The notes beneath the pieces are model-generated. The model was given only the letters and a program-made list of their open reading frames with translations, was not told the origin of the DNA and searched no databases. Of a stretch of 64,000 bases of DNA, positions 9,924 to 19,432 are shown one piece after another. The translations under genes and the position numbers were made by a program. Within the stretch, counting starts at the first letter, position 1. The number at the start of each line of letters is the position of its first letter. Source of the stretch: an uncultured Gammaproteobacteria bacterium (lineage in GTDB: Bacteria > Patescibacteriota > Microgenomatia > Levybacterales > UBA12049); the NCBI GenBank assembly GCA_965230895.1, contig OZ246394.1, positions 712,627-776,626 of the forward strand, given 5' to 3'.

Positions 9924-10481
9924 TTATTGTGCGCACCAGTAGCAGTTATTTGTACCACCTTGGGATTTGCAACTCGTTCCAGTTGCTCCACTTTGGGTAT
10001 AACGAGTATTTGAATCTCTTTGCTGAGACTCAGACTTTGGTTGGAAACAAACAATTGTATCAGCTGTATTATTGGTTTGTGGATTTGGATTAGTTACAAT
10101 TGCTTGATTCAGGTTATTGGAATTTGAGAACGATTGTTTCAATTCACCCTCGGTAATAAGAGTCTGGATACATGCTGTAAGATTACTCATCGGTACTGAT
10201 GCAAGCGTTGTACCACTTGTATAGCATGCTGCACCGCCACTTGCTGTTGAATTCCATGGAAGTGCATTTTTAACAGAGAAGTATCGAACATTTGCGCTAA
10301 CAAACTGAGCAGCTACGTTTTTAAGATTTGTATCTTGTGCTTTATTAAGTTGTTCGACAGGATTAATAGTAGCAAGGAGTGCAGCAGCAAGAATACCGAG
10401 AATACCAAGAACGACAAGAAGTTCGATAAGCGTAAAACCCTTTTGGATTTTTTGAGTTAATTTAGGCAGATTTTGTAACAT
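9924..10481 (-). CDS. Type IV pilin-like protein with prepilin N-methylation signal
   Basis: QKG|FTLIELLVVLGILGILAA class III signal peptide; six Cys in the soluble domain. Start at 10481 (or 10499). Confidence 0.9.
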   Translation of the reverse strand: MLQNLPKLTQKIQKGFTLIELLVVLGILGILAAALLATINPVEQLNKAQDTNLKNVAAQFVSANVRYFSVKNALPWNSTASGGAACYTSGTTLASVPMSNLTACIQTLITEGELKQSFSNSNNLNQAIVTNPNPQTNNTADTIVCFQPKSESQQRDSNTRYTQSGATGTSCKSQGGTNNCYWCAQ

Positions 10482-10566
10482 AAATTCTATTGTCAGCATA
10501 ATTACATCACATGAGAAATAGTGGTGTCAATAGGGAAACGTTATACATTTTTGCTATAATTAGCTT

Positions 10567-11268
10567 ATGCAGATAAAAGTTCTTTCCTGGAATATTTGGT
10601 TTGGGAAGCACTCTCACGATATAGTGAAACATCTTCAAAATGCAGAAGCTGACGTCATTTGCCTTCAAGAAGTAATTCAAGAATTAGATGGCAAACATAA
10701 CACAGCAGAAAATATTGCAAAAGAATTGGGATATCATTGGAAATATGAAGAAACGATCCAAATGCCGTATGAAGGGAGAATTATTAGTTGGGGCAATGCG
10801 ATTCTTAGTAAATATAAACTCATATCAACAAACCTTTACGAATTATCTTCTGGAGAGAAAAGGAGAACTGCACTTCAAGCAATGATCGAGATCGACGGAA
10901 AAGAAATTTCAGTCACATCAACGCATTTAGTACATACGCATCAGGAAACTTCAGAACTTCAAGAATCTCAAGCGAAAAAGCTTTTTGAAATCATTCCTCA
11001 GAAATATGCAATTGTTGCAGGAGACTTCAATGCATTACCGGATAGTAACGCAATCCAATATATGTCTGAACATTTACAAAATACGGATGCGCAACTTGAT
11101 CCATCTTGGAGTGTCTATGTTGAAGGATGCGATGTCTGCAAGGTAGATCAGCTTATGCATCGATTAGATTATATCTTTACTACGAAAGAGTTTACTGTCC
11201 ATTCTTTCCAAACAGATTATTCCAAAGGTTCTGATCACTTACCAATAGCTGTTTCACTGGAAGTTTGA
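10567..11268 (+). CDS. Endonuclease/exonuclease/phosphatase (EEP) family protein
   Basis: SWNI, CLQEV, GNAILSK, STHL, GDFNA, RLDYIF, SDHLP. Confidence 0.93.
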   Translation: MQIKVLSWNIWFGKHSHDIVKHLQNAEADVICLQEVIQELDGKHNTAENIAKELGYHWKYEETIQMPYEGRIISWGNAILSKYKLISTNLYELSSGEKRRTALQAMIEIDGKEISVTSTHLVHTHQETSELQESQAKKLFEIIPQKYAIVAGDFNALPDSNAIQYMSEHLQNTDAQLDPSWSVYVEGCDVCKVDQLMHRLDYIFTTKEFTVHSFQTDYSKGSDHLPIAVSLEV

Positions 11269-12140
11269 ACTCTCCTTCTTCGAGGCCTTCTCGGCTGTAC
11301 TTCCTCTACTGGTTCTTTCTTCTCGAATTGTTCACTTCCAAAGACATACAGACCAGTGATGATGATTAATGTTTGAGCAACTCCAATCCAATCAAACTCT
11401 GACGATGTTTCAACTGCAGACAACGGATCATAAAAGAAAGAACCAAAAACAATTATTCCTGAAAACAATAACGAGTTAAGAAGCAATGTTACCTTCCACC
11501 AATTCATTTCATATTTTTTATACTCAACAGCAATCCAAGCCCAAAAGATAAAGATTGGAGCAAAAATAATCATACCTGAATAGAGATCAGAATCTTTCGA
11601 TGATGAACTTACTTGGCCATTGGGTATAAGAGATAAGATAAGCATTACGGCTATAAAGATAATGGAATACCCCCAAAGAGCTGTTTGGAACATTCCCCAT
11701 TTCTTATTCTTAGGAAGTTTTTTATCTGACTCTGATGAAAGCATAAGGAAACGGTTATGCGCAAGTTGGTACATCGCAAACATATACGGCAAACTTAGCA
11801 ATAAACCAATAACCGTACTTACCAATAAGTTTTCTGTATCTTCACTATATGAAAGAAACGATAAATAGCTAATGATCGGATGATTGGGAGCAGCTGCATA
11901 GAGTAAAAATAGTGATGAATAGAGAATATTAAACCAGAAGAAATATTTCCAGAATTTTGCCTCAAATATCTCTTTTCTGAAAATATAAGAATAAACACCA
12001 GCAAGCCCTACTCCATAGATTACAAGATCAGTGATAAATAGACCCACAGGAGCAGAAGGATAAGAAAACTCTATAATTGTTACTAAACCAATAAGGACAA
12101 CGTTTAACCAAAAATAAATTTTCCACCAAAATAGTTTCAT
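11235..12140 (-). CDS. Hypothetical multi-pass membrane protein
   Basis: 301-aa ORF with about 8 hydrophobic segments and a basic C-terminal tail; no family recognised. Confidence 0.75.
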   Translation of the reverse strand: MKLFWWKIYFWLNVVLIGLVTIIEFSYPSAPVGLFITDLVIYGVGLAGVYSYIFRKEIFEAKFWKYFFWFNILYSSLFLLYAAAPNHPIISYLSFLSYSEDTENLLVSTVIGLLLSLPYMFAMYQLAHNRFLMLSSESDKKLPKNKKWGMFQTALWGYSIIFIAVMLILSLIPNGQVSSSSKDSDLYSGMIIFAPIFIFWAWIAVEYKKYEMNWWKVTLLLNSLLFSGIIVFGSFFYDPLSAVETSSEFDWIGVAQTLIIITGLYVFGSEQFEKKEPVEEVQPRRPRRRRVQTSSETAIGK

Positions 12141-12177
12141 AACTCAGGAAATTATATCAGAAAGCTTCGCAACACTC

Positions 12178-12750
12178 TTAATTGGAATTTTGGAGATTTG
12201 CATCTGTATCGATTTGCTTATTTGGAGTTAAAGTTTGGGCTTGTGTTGGTGCGAATTCGTTCACGATAACTGTTGAGGGATTCTCAACAATTCGGATACT
12301 ATTTGCAGAGGGTTTTGTCGAAATTGCTGGTTGTTTTGTAACAACTGTCGGCTTTGCTGCCACAGGAGTAGGAGTTACATTTGTATAAATGTAAATTGTC
12401 GGTGTAGGCTCAGTTCTCATTTGTTTTGCAGATTGCGTTGGTGGGACAAGAGTCACCGTTGGAATCATTGTCACTGTTGCTTTAATTTCTGAAACAGCAT
12501 TCTTTGGGGATCGAGATGTCACGCCAGCTGATGGAGTTGCAGAGATAGAAACTCCAGCTGATTTTGTCGCAGTTTGCAGAACGAAAAGTGTAGGTGTTGG
12601 AGAAACAACATCGGTTGGAATTACAGCTTTTGTCACGGCGATACCTTGAACAGATTTCTTTTGAGGAGGTACGTAAAAAGATGCTAGTGCTGATGAAACA
12701 GGTATAGCAATGAGTAGGCAGGATAGAAAGATTATGACCTTCTTATCCAC
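12178..12750 (-). CDS. Exported or membrane-anchored Pro/Thr/Ser-rich low-complexity protein
   Basis: N-terminal hydrophobic segment followed by repeated PTPT/TPT tracts; GTG start with TATAAT 6 nt upstream. Confidence 0.75.
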   Translation of the reverse strand: MDKKVIIFLSCLLIAIPVSSALASFYVPPQKKSVQGIAVTKAVIPTDVVSPTPTLFVLQTATKSAGVSISATPSAGVTSRSPKNAVSEIKATVTMIPTVTLVPPTQSAKQMRTEPTPTIYIYTNVTPTPVAAKPTVVTKQPAISTKPSANSIRIVENPSTVIVNEFAPTQAQTLTPNKQIDTDANLQNSN

Positions 12751-12806
12751 GAAAAGATTATAACATCAAACTAAATTTATGCAAAGGTTAATTTGCTGGT
12801 AATTAA

Positions 12807-13364
12807 CTATATGGTCTTACGTCGTACAAATGTATTCATGATAGGACCTGCTCCCTCAAAATTGTATCCACTGCGATGTAATACTTTTGCAGAAGCAATA
12901 TTATTTGCATGTACTCGACCGATAATCTCTTCATAACCATGATTAAAAGCATACTCAGTAAGGGTTTCTACAGCGCGTTGTGTGATTCCCCGACCTGTAC
13001 TCATACGAGCAAGATAATAACCTATTTCAGCTTGAGACGGGTTCTGAGTATTTGGAGTCAAATTAATACTTCCTACGAGTTGATCACCTCTATAAATCCC
13101 AAATCTCAGTCTGTCAGGATTATCTGGATGGGTAATAGTACTTCGGAAATGAGCTGCGTCACGATATTTGCTTCCTGTACTATCACCGTATTGTGAAAGA
13201 TGTCTTTCATTTGCATGAATTAACTCAAATGCAGGACGTGCATCATTCGGAATATATTGCTTTAAGGTAATTTCTCCATCTGATGAAGTTAATTGAATCC
13301 TTGGCTGCATAGCACGACGTTCTGCGATAATCCCGGATATAGGATTGAGCTCTACGTTTCTCAT
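12807..13364 (-). CDS. RimJ/RimL-type GNAT acetyltransferase
   Basis: AEIGYYL...GRGI, NNIASAKVL..SGY. Start moved to ATG 13364 because the longer ORF overlaps ftsZ; TGcTATAAT lies 7 nt upstream. Confidence 0.88.
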   Translation of the reverse strand: MRNVELNPISGIIAERRAMQPRIQLTSSDGEITLKQYIPNDARPAFELIHANERHLSQYGDSTGSKYRDAAHFRSTITHPDNPDRLRFGIYRGDQLVGSINLTPNTQNPSQAEIGYYLARMSTGRGITQRAVETLTEYAFNHGYEEIIGRVHANNIASAKVLHRSGYNFEGAGPIMNTFVRRKTI

Positions 13365-13405
13365 AAGAGGGATTATAGCACAAATAAATATTATAGGATA
13401 ATACT

Positions 13406-14593
13406 CTAGTTTCTTTGTCTGAGGAATGCTGGAATATCCCACTCGTCTTCAACGGATTTTTCGTCTTTCTTCTCTTGTGGAGGAGTTACATGTTGTTGTG
13501 GTTGTTCTTCGTCCTCATCATGATCTTTCTTTTCAGCTTGCTGATCATCCTGTTGTACAGGAGGTTGTGTACGAGTCAATGGAGTATCAGTAACTTGTGG
13601 AGTTGGCTGTTGGATAACAAATTGCTGAAGTCTTTGCTTTGCTTGATCAAATCCAGTTGCAACAACAGTAATGCGGATCTGATCGTGCATTGTTTCATCG
13701 ATAGTTGCACCGAAGATGATATTTGCATCAGGATCAGCTGCACTTGAGATAATCTTTGCTGCTTCATCAACTTCAGTCATAGTCAGATCATTACCACCGA
13801 CAACATTGAAGAGAACTCCTCGTGCGCCTTCCATTGAAATTTCTAACAATGGTGATGCGATAGCAGACCGTGCTGCTGTCTGGGCTCGATTTTCGCCGAT
13901 ACCACTGCCGATACCCATAAGGGCTGAACCGGCATCGGACATAATATTCCGGACATCGGCGAAATCGACATTGATAAGACCTGGTTGTGTAATAATTTCA
14001 GAGATACCTTGGACACCTTGCGTAAGGACAGAATCAGCTACTTTAAATGCGTCAAGTAAACTGAGTTTGCGATCAACTACATCAAGAATTCTCTGATTTG
14101 GGATCACGATCAATGTATCGACTTTATCCTTTAAATTATCAATACCTTCTTCTGCACTCACCATTCGTCGAGTTCCTTCAAACATAAATGGCTTAGTAAC
14201 AACTGCGACTGTTAAAGCTCCAATTTCTTTAGCTATTTCAGCAACAACAGGAGTTGCGCCCGTTCCAGTACCACCGCCCATACCAGCAGTAAGAAAGACC
14301 ATATCTGATCCTTCAAGAGCGCTTTTAATCTTGTCTCGTGATTCTTCTGCAGCTTGACGACCAATTTCAGGATCTCCTCCAGAACCAAGACCCTTGGTGA
14401 AGATTTCTCCGATTTGGATTTTAGTATCTGCCTTATTGAGAAGAAGTGCTTGTGCGTCTGTATTAACTGCTACGAAGTCTACGCCGTGGATGCTCCCACT
14501 TGAAATCATTGAGCCGATAGCATTACTACCACCGCCACCTACACCCATGACACGAATTTTTGCGAAGTTAGTTGATTGTGGACGAATTAACAT
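13406..14593 (-). CDS. ftsZ: Cell division protein FtsZ
   Basis: [19 protein letters not shown] tubulin signature, INVDFADV, C-terminal DIPAFLR. Confidence 0.99.
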   Translation of the reverse strand: MLIRPQSTNFAKIRVMGVGGGGSNAIGSMISSGSIHGVDFVAVNTDAQALLLNKADTKIQIGEIFTKGLGSGGDPEIGRQAAEESRDKIKSALEGSDMVFLTAGMGGGTGTGATPVVAEIAKEIGALTVAVVTKPFMFEGTRRMVSAEEGIDNLKDKVDTLIVIPNQRILDVVDRKLSLLDAFKVADSVLTQGVQGISEIITQPGLINVDFADVRNIMSDAGSALMGIGSGIGENRAQTAARSAIASPLLEISMEGARGVLFNVVGGNDLTMTEVDEAAKIISSAADPDANIIFGATIDETMHDQIRITVVATGFDQAKQRLQQFVIQQPTPQVTDTPLTRTQPPVQQDDQQAEKKDHDEDEEQPQQHVTPPQEKKDEKSVEDEWDIPAFLRQRN

Positions 14594-14612
14594 AGTCTTG
14601 TGGGCTGGTCAA

Positions 14613-14641
14613 ATCCTACCAAATCTAATTCAGGTTTGCAA
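14613..14641 (-). promoter_or_regulatory. Internal promoter for ftsZ
   Basis: Minus strand TTGCAA (14636-14641), 17-nt spacer, TG-g-TAGGAT (hexamer 14613-14618). Confidence 0.5.
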
Positions 14642-14736
14642 GAAGGAAATGAGTATATTCTTGCTTCAGACTGAAAATATTTTTGTAACGTAGGCTCAAA
14701 AGAATTTCTGTTCAAAAAATGTGCTAGAAGAAAAGA

Positions 14737-16017
14737 TTATGGAATGAAGCTTTTAACGAGATTGATAACTTTCTTTACAACTTTGGATGCGCCGCCATTT
14801 CCTGCCGGCATTGAGAATCGTGATGTTGTCCGCGCTGGTGCATTTCCAATCCCATAGCGTATTAACCCAACCGCTGTAGAGAATGCTGGATGTTGAACTT
14901 CATCAATAATTCCTTTGACATCTGTTGGCATCCCGATACGGACTGGCATCGCGAGTGATCGACGAGCTGATTCTCGAAGCCCTACTGTTAAAGCACCTCC
15001 GCCAGTGAAGACAATGCCTGCTGGAGTTTGTGCTGCAAAACCACTCTTTTTGATTTCAAGTCCGATCATTGTACAAATTTCATTGAGTCTTGGTCTGATG
15101 ATGCCATCAACGAGAGTTTTCTGGGAGACTTTTCGGATTTCTTCTTGAAGATTGAGTGGAGTTAGATCTACTTCGTCTGATGGTTTACTGCTCGCTTCAT
15201 CGTCTCCTTCGCGAACAGTTCTTTTATTTTGATTCTGTGAGAAGAAGAGTTTGATCTTTTCAGCACTCTCAAGTGAGATACGAAGTCCGATTGCAAGATC
15301 ATTGGTTACATGTCGAGCACCAATTGCGAGAACAGATGAATAGGCAACTGATCCTTCAGTGTAGATTGAAATGTCTGTTGTACCCGCTCCAATATCAACG
15401 AGAATAACACCAAGTTCTTTTTCTGTATCTGAAAGAACAGCAAGTGAACTTGCATAACCGCTAAATGCAAAACTATCAATATCGACACCAACTTCAGAGA
15501 AAGCTTTCTCAAGATTTCGGAGAGAAACACTATTTGCAGTAACAATATGAGTATCAACTTCCAATCGAGTCCCTGACATACCAACTGGATCTTTGATACC
15601 TTCTTGTCCATCAACGATATAATTTCGTGGAAGGACGTGGATAATGTCTCGCGTTGAAGGGATAGAAATTGCTTTGGCAGCATCGATAACTCTTTGAAGA
15701 TCACTTTCGGAGATTTCGCCATTTGGTGTAGCGACTGCGACAACGCCACGAGAATTTTGACAGTCAATTTGACTGCCTCCAAGGGAGACAAGGACATGAG
15801 ACGCAGAATATCCAGCCATTCGTTCTGCAGCTTCGAGTGAAGCATTGATTGCATGAACAGCTTCTTCAATATCTACTACTTGTCCTTTTCTAATACCTTG
15901 TGATTTAACTTCGGAAACACCGAGGACGTTAACGACATTGTCTATGACCTTTGCTATGACAGTAACGATTTTGTATGTTCCTACATCTATTGCAACAAGA
16001 ATTTTTCCTTCGTTCAT
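14737..16017 (-). CDS. ftsA: Cell division protein FtsA
   Basis: IDVGTYK, DPVGMSGTRLE, VDIGAGTT, FTGGGA, amphipathic C-terminal helix. Confidence 0.98.
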   Translation of the reverse strand: MNEGKILVAIDVGTYKIVTVIAKVIDNVVNVLGVSEVKSQGIRKGQVVDIEEAVHAINASLEAAERMAGYSASHVLVSLGGSQIDCQNSRGVVAVATPNGEISESDLQRVIDAAKAISIPSTRDIIHVLPRNYIVDGQEGIKDPVGMSGTRLEVDTHIVTANSVSLRNLEKAFSEVGVDIDSFAFSGYASSLAVLSDTEKELGVILVDIGAGTTDISIYTEGSVAYSSVLAIGARHVTNDLAIGLRISLESAEKIKLFFSQNQNKRTVREGDDEASSKPSDEVDLTPLNLQEEIRKVSQKTLVDGIIRPRLNEICTMIGLEIKKSGFAAQTPAGIVFTGGGALTVGLRESARRSLAMPVRIGMPTDVKGIIDEVQHPAFSTAVGLIRYGIGNAPARTTSRFSMPAGNGGASKVVKKVINLVKSFIP

Positions 16018-16024
16018 AATCTCA

Positions 16025-16468
16025 TCATTTGAGCACGATTACGGGCTTTTCAAAACGCAAATCCAACCGTGAAAACAGCTTACCTTCCATTGTAAGGTGT
16101 GAAAGGATGAATTGTAAAGAGGCTATTTGCGCTATTATATCCTTTTGCGACGAAAAAGTCACGAGGCCGCCCTGCTTTAATTCTACCACGAAATCCTCAT
16201 CTTCTGTCTTCTCAATTTTTGTATATGCAATGTGTTCTTTTTCTAATCCTTTCTTTAATGATTCAAGCTTATTGTCTTTCGTACTTGCTTGTACAAATTT
16301 CATACTCGCAAGAGGACTAACAAAGAGAGGCTTATTCATTTGTGCTGTGAAAACATAGAATGTTCCCCCTGCAACTGCTGTAACTCCTCCAAGGATAATT
16401 AAACAAAAAATGAGAATCTTTTTTGCATATCGCTTTTGTTTGCGATCAATTGTGTTTATCTTTTTCAT
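16025..16468 (-). CDS. Reduced FtsQ/DivIB-like protein
   Basis: Basic N-terminus, one TM helix, C-terminal RLDLRFEKPV (FtsQ DLR motif); sits between murG and ftsA. Confidence 0.65.
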   Translation of the reverse strand: MKKINTIDRKQKRYAKKILIFCLIILGGVTAVAGGTFYVFTAQMNKPLFVSPLASMKFVQASTKDNKLESLKKGLEKEHIAYTKIEKTEDEDFVVELKQGGLVTFSSQKDIIAQIASLQFILSHLTMEGKLFSRLDLRFEKPVIVLK

Positions 16469-17570
16469 GTTGTACTACCTCAATTATTTTTTCTGCAGCG
16501 TCTTTGTTGATTAACTCTCGCGTGACCATAGCATGACCTTTGTATGTTTCAAGATTCATTATCATTTCATTGACTTTTTCTGCAAATAATTCAGGAGTTA
16601 AATTATCTTGATCGTACGTCTCGCCCAAACCAGTACTTTGGACAAATTCAGCATTTGTTTGTTGTTCATTCCGTTGACCATATGGTAATGGTATAAGCAA
16701 GCAAGGTTTTCCAAGATATAAAATTTCACTTACGGTACTGATGCCAGAGCGAGAAATGATCAGATCAGCATTGAGCATAACTGAAACAACTTGATTTGCT
16801 GGAATAAATTTTGTTACTTCATAACGCTTTTGCAAATGTTCAGGCAATTTTAATTTCCGATCAACCAATCTGTCATAATCTCCAAACTCTTGTGCATTCC
16901 CTGTTTGATGGATGATCAAATATTTATCCAAAAGTTTCTCAAGCGCACCTTCAACTAAAAGATTAATGCCATGTGCACCACCGCTGCCTCCTGTTATATA
17001 CAAGAGTGGTACCTTACCGTTTGAACGACGTTCTGAGTCATCAGCGTGCGCGAAGAATTCTTTGCGTAAAGGATTACCAGTCAAAACCAATTTATCATGA
17101 GGGAAAAACTGCTCAGAATATTTCCAAGAAATACAGATTTTATTTGCGAACTTGCTAGCTAATTTATTTGCCAACCCTGCTTGCAAAGTCTGTTCATGAA
17201 CTACAAGAGGAATTCTCTTTGCTTTTGCTGCAAGAGCAATTGGAACTGCTACGTAACCACCAAATGATAGAACAACGTCTGGCTTAAAATCATTAAGGAT
17301 TTGCGTCGCTTGCTTTAATCCACCGGGAATCTTAAGGAGAGAACTAAATGTATGAGCAGAAACCTTTCGCTGTAGCCGTCCGGTATTCAACGGAATAAAC
17401 GGCAAACCCATTTTCTGCGCGGTTTGGTATTCAAATGATAAAGCATCATCACCTTCAAATGCATGTTTTCGACCGACGAGGAGATAATCCCATTCTTTAG
17501 GAAGTTTATCAATAACAGCGAGCGCAGGTGCAAAATGCCCACCTCCACCAGCCACGATAAGAAGTTTCAT
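16446..17570 (-). CDS. murG: Lipid II GlcNAc transferase MurG
   Basis: GGGGGHFAP, FGGYV, HEQT, TGNPLR, GGSGGA, EQQTNA. Confidence 0.97.
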   Translation of the reverse strand: MKLLIVAGGGGHFAPALAVIDKLPKEWDYLLVGRKHAFEGDDALSFEYQTAQKMGLPFIPLNTGRLQRKVSAHTFSSLLKIPGGLKQATQILNDFKPDVVLSFGGYVAVPIALAAKAKRIPLVVHEQTLQAGLANKLASKFANKICISWKYSEQFFPHDKLVLTGNPLRKEFFAHADDSERRSNGKVPLLYITGGSGGAHGINLLVEGALEKLLDKYLIIHQTGNAQEFGDYDRLVDRKLKLPEHLQKRYEVTKFIPANQVVSVMLNADLIISRSGISTVSEILYLGKPCLLIPLPYGQRNEQQTNAEFVQSTGLGETYDQDNLTPELFAEKVNEMIMNLETYKGHAMVTRELINKDAAEKIIEVVQHEKDKHN

Positions 17571-18295
17571 GTAATAAGTATATCATTCTGAAGCCAGTTC
17601 AGCATAATACGAGTAAATTCTGCTTTTTGTTTTACTGTTTTCAAACTATGCTCTGCACTTTGTATCACTTCATAAGAAAGATTCTTTTTATTTGAAACTG
17701 CGTTCATATAGTTTTCCATTGTCTGATGAGGACAGATGACATCCAGTTCAGATTCAATGATCAGGACTTTTCCGGCAAAATCATGTATTGCACGCAATGA
17801 TTGTGTATCTTTCCATGATAATTTTTCTTTTCGCCATGCTGTCGTTTTGGCATTGGCATACTTTACTTGAGGAAGATTAAAGCCTTCATCAGGATATTGT
17901 GCAGGAACTCGAAGAGCTAACCACGAAACATCTCTGCGCGATGTGAGAATCGTTGCAAGATACGATCCAAAGCTTGAACCAATGACGCCAATTTTTGTTG
18001 CATCAATATCCTTTTGGGAAGCCAATAAATCATACGCTGCTTCCATATCGTCCATATAATCCTCCCGCGACAATTTCCCTCTTTCTCCTTCACTTGAACC
18101 ATGACTTCGCAAGTCAAACGTCATAACAATAAACCCGAGCTTTATTAAAGCTTGCGCAAATATAATGTTCCCTTTTTGACTACTCATCCATCCATGAACC
18201 ATCAAAATTGCAGGATTTTTATCTTTATGACTTTGCGGATATTGGATCGTAGCCGATAGCTTTTGGCTATCAACAGAAAACGTTATTTCCTTCAT
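17567..18295 (-). CDS. Alpha/beta-fold hydrolase
   Basis: HGW, FDLRSHGSS, GSSFG nucleophile elbow, ELD and AEH (putative Ser-Asp-His triad); stop overlaps the murG start (ATGA). Confidence 0.9.
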   Translation of the reverse strand: MKEITFSVDSQKLSATIQYPQSHKDKNPAILMVHGWMSSQKGNIIFAQALIKLGFIVMTFDLRSHGSSEGERGKLSREDYMDDMEAAYDLLASQKDIDATKIGVIGSSFGSYLATILTSRRDVSWLALRVPAQYPDEGFNLPQVKYANAKTTAWRKEKLSWKDTQSLRAIHDFAGKVLIIESELDVICPHQTMENYMNAVSNKKNLSYEVIQSAEHSLKTVKQKAEFTRIMLNWLQNDILIT

Positions 18296-18313
18296 AGAAA
18301 AAATTATAACAAA

Positions 18314-19417
18314 CTATGATTTTGATTGTTTGGAGATATTAAGAAGTATTCCAATCGCTGCCAAATCGACAATGAGTGCAGAACCTCCATAGGAAATAAA
18401 CGGGAGAGGAACACCTGTTAATGGAACTAATGCAGTCATCGCCGCAAGATTAATGACACATTGAATACCAATGAACGAAATAATTCCTCCAGCAAGAAGT
18501 TTGCCAAAAGCATCTTTTGCACGAGAAGCAATATAAAGACAACGCCAGATAAAAGCTGCAAAAACAAATACCAAAACAATTGATCCAATGAATCCAAATT
18601 CCTCTGCAATAATTGGGAAAATTGAATCAGTTACATTTTCTGGAAGATAGGCATATTTTTGGATAGAATTTCCGACACCCAATCCAAATAATCCACCTGA
18701 GCCAAGAGCAATTAATATCTGTTTTACGTGATATGACGTATCGTGAAGTGATCCACCAAGATTAAGAAAGCTTGTTAAACGAGCCATGCGATAAGGTTCT
18801 GAAATAACATAGAAGAACCCACCAATTGCCACTACAGGAGCCATAAAGAAAAAGTACATGATATTACCGCCGGAAAGATAATAGATAATTAATGCTTCAA
18901 ACATAATAATCGAACCAGTACCCAAATCGGGTTGCATCAATACTAAAAACATAATCGAACCCATCAACAAAATAAACGCACCAAATCGTCCTTTTTCTTT
19001 TTGAGAGAACCACGCGGCAAGATAGATTGCCAATGCTAGTTTGATAAACTCAGCAGGTTGCACAGAAGTAAATCCTAAGTTAATCCACCGGCTTGCACCC
19101 AATGCATGTGTACCGATCCCTGGAACGAATACGAGAATGAGCAATCCAATTGCAGTAATGAGCAAAGGAACGGCAAGGTTATAGAACCTGTGATAATCGA
19201 ATTTGTACGTAAGAAACAATGCAGTAAAACCTAAAACACACCACACAACCTGATCTCGAATAAAGCCATATTTGTCACCAAAGAGATTGTAAGCAATTAC
19301 TGATGAGGAATTAAATATCATGAGCAGACCGAATAAGGTCAAAGCTGTAACAATACTAAATAAAACAATATCAAATTTCCCTGTGGAAACTTTTCTGAGC
19401 TTGAATCGTGCTTTCAT
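18314..19417 (-). CDS. ftsW: SEDS protein FtsW
   Basis: GASRWI, QPAEFIK, QPDLGT, PYRMARL, YLPENVTDSIF, PLTGVPLPFISYGGS. Confidence 0.96.
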   Translation of the reverse strand: MKARFKLRKVSTGKFDIVLFSIVTALTLFGLLMIFNSSSVIAYNLFGDKYGFIRDQVVWCVLGFTALFLTYKFDYHRFYNLAVPLLITAIGLLILVFVPGIGTHALGASRWINLGFTSVQPAEFIKLALAIYLAAWFSQKEKGRFGAFILLMGSIMFLVLMQPDLGTGSIIMFEALIIYYLSGGNIMYFFFMAPVVAIGGFFYVISEPYRMARLTSFLNLGGSLHDTSYHVKQILIALGSGGLFGLGVGNSIQKYAYLPENVTDSIFPIIAEEFGFIGSIVLVFVFAAFIWRCLYIASRAKDAFGKLLAGGIISFIGIQCVINLAAMTALVPLTGVPLPFISYGGSALIVDLAAIGILLNISKQSKS

Positions 19418-19432
19418 CGGGCAGAATGGATA

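Noticed and set aside
13365-13442. N-terminal extensions in the ORF track (GNAT to 13442, murB to 23804, LbH to 49870 and from 413, rodA to 7002)
   Set aside because: They overlap neighbouring genes or promoter boxes; downstream ATGs fit the family N-termini and promoter spacing better.
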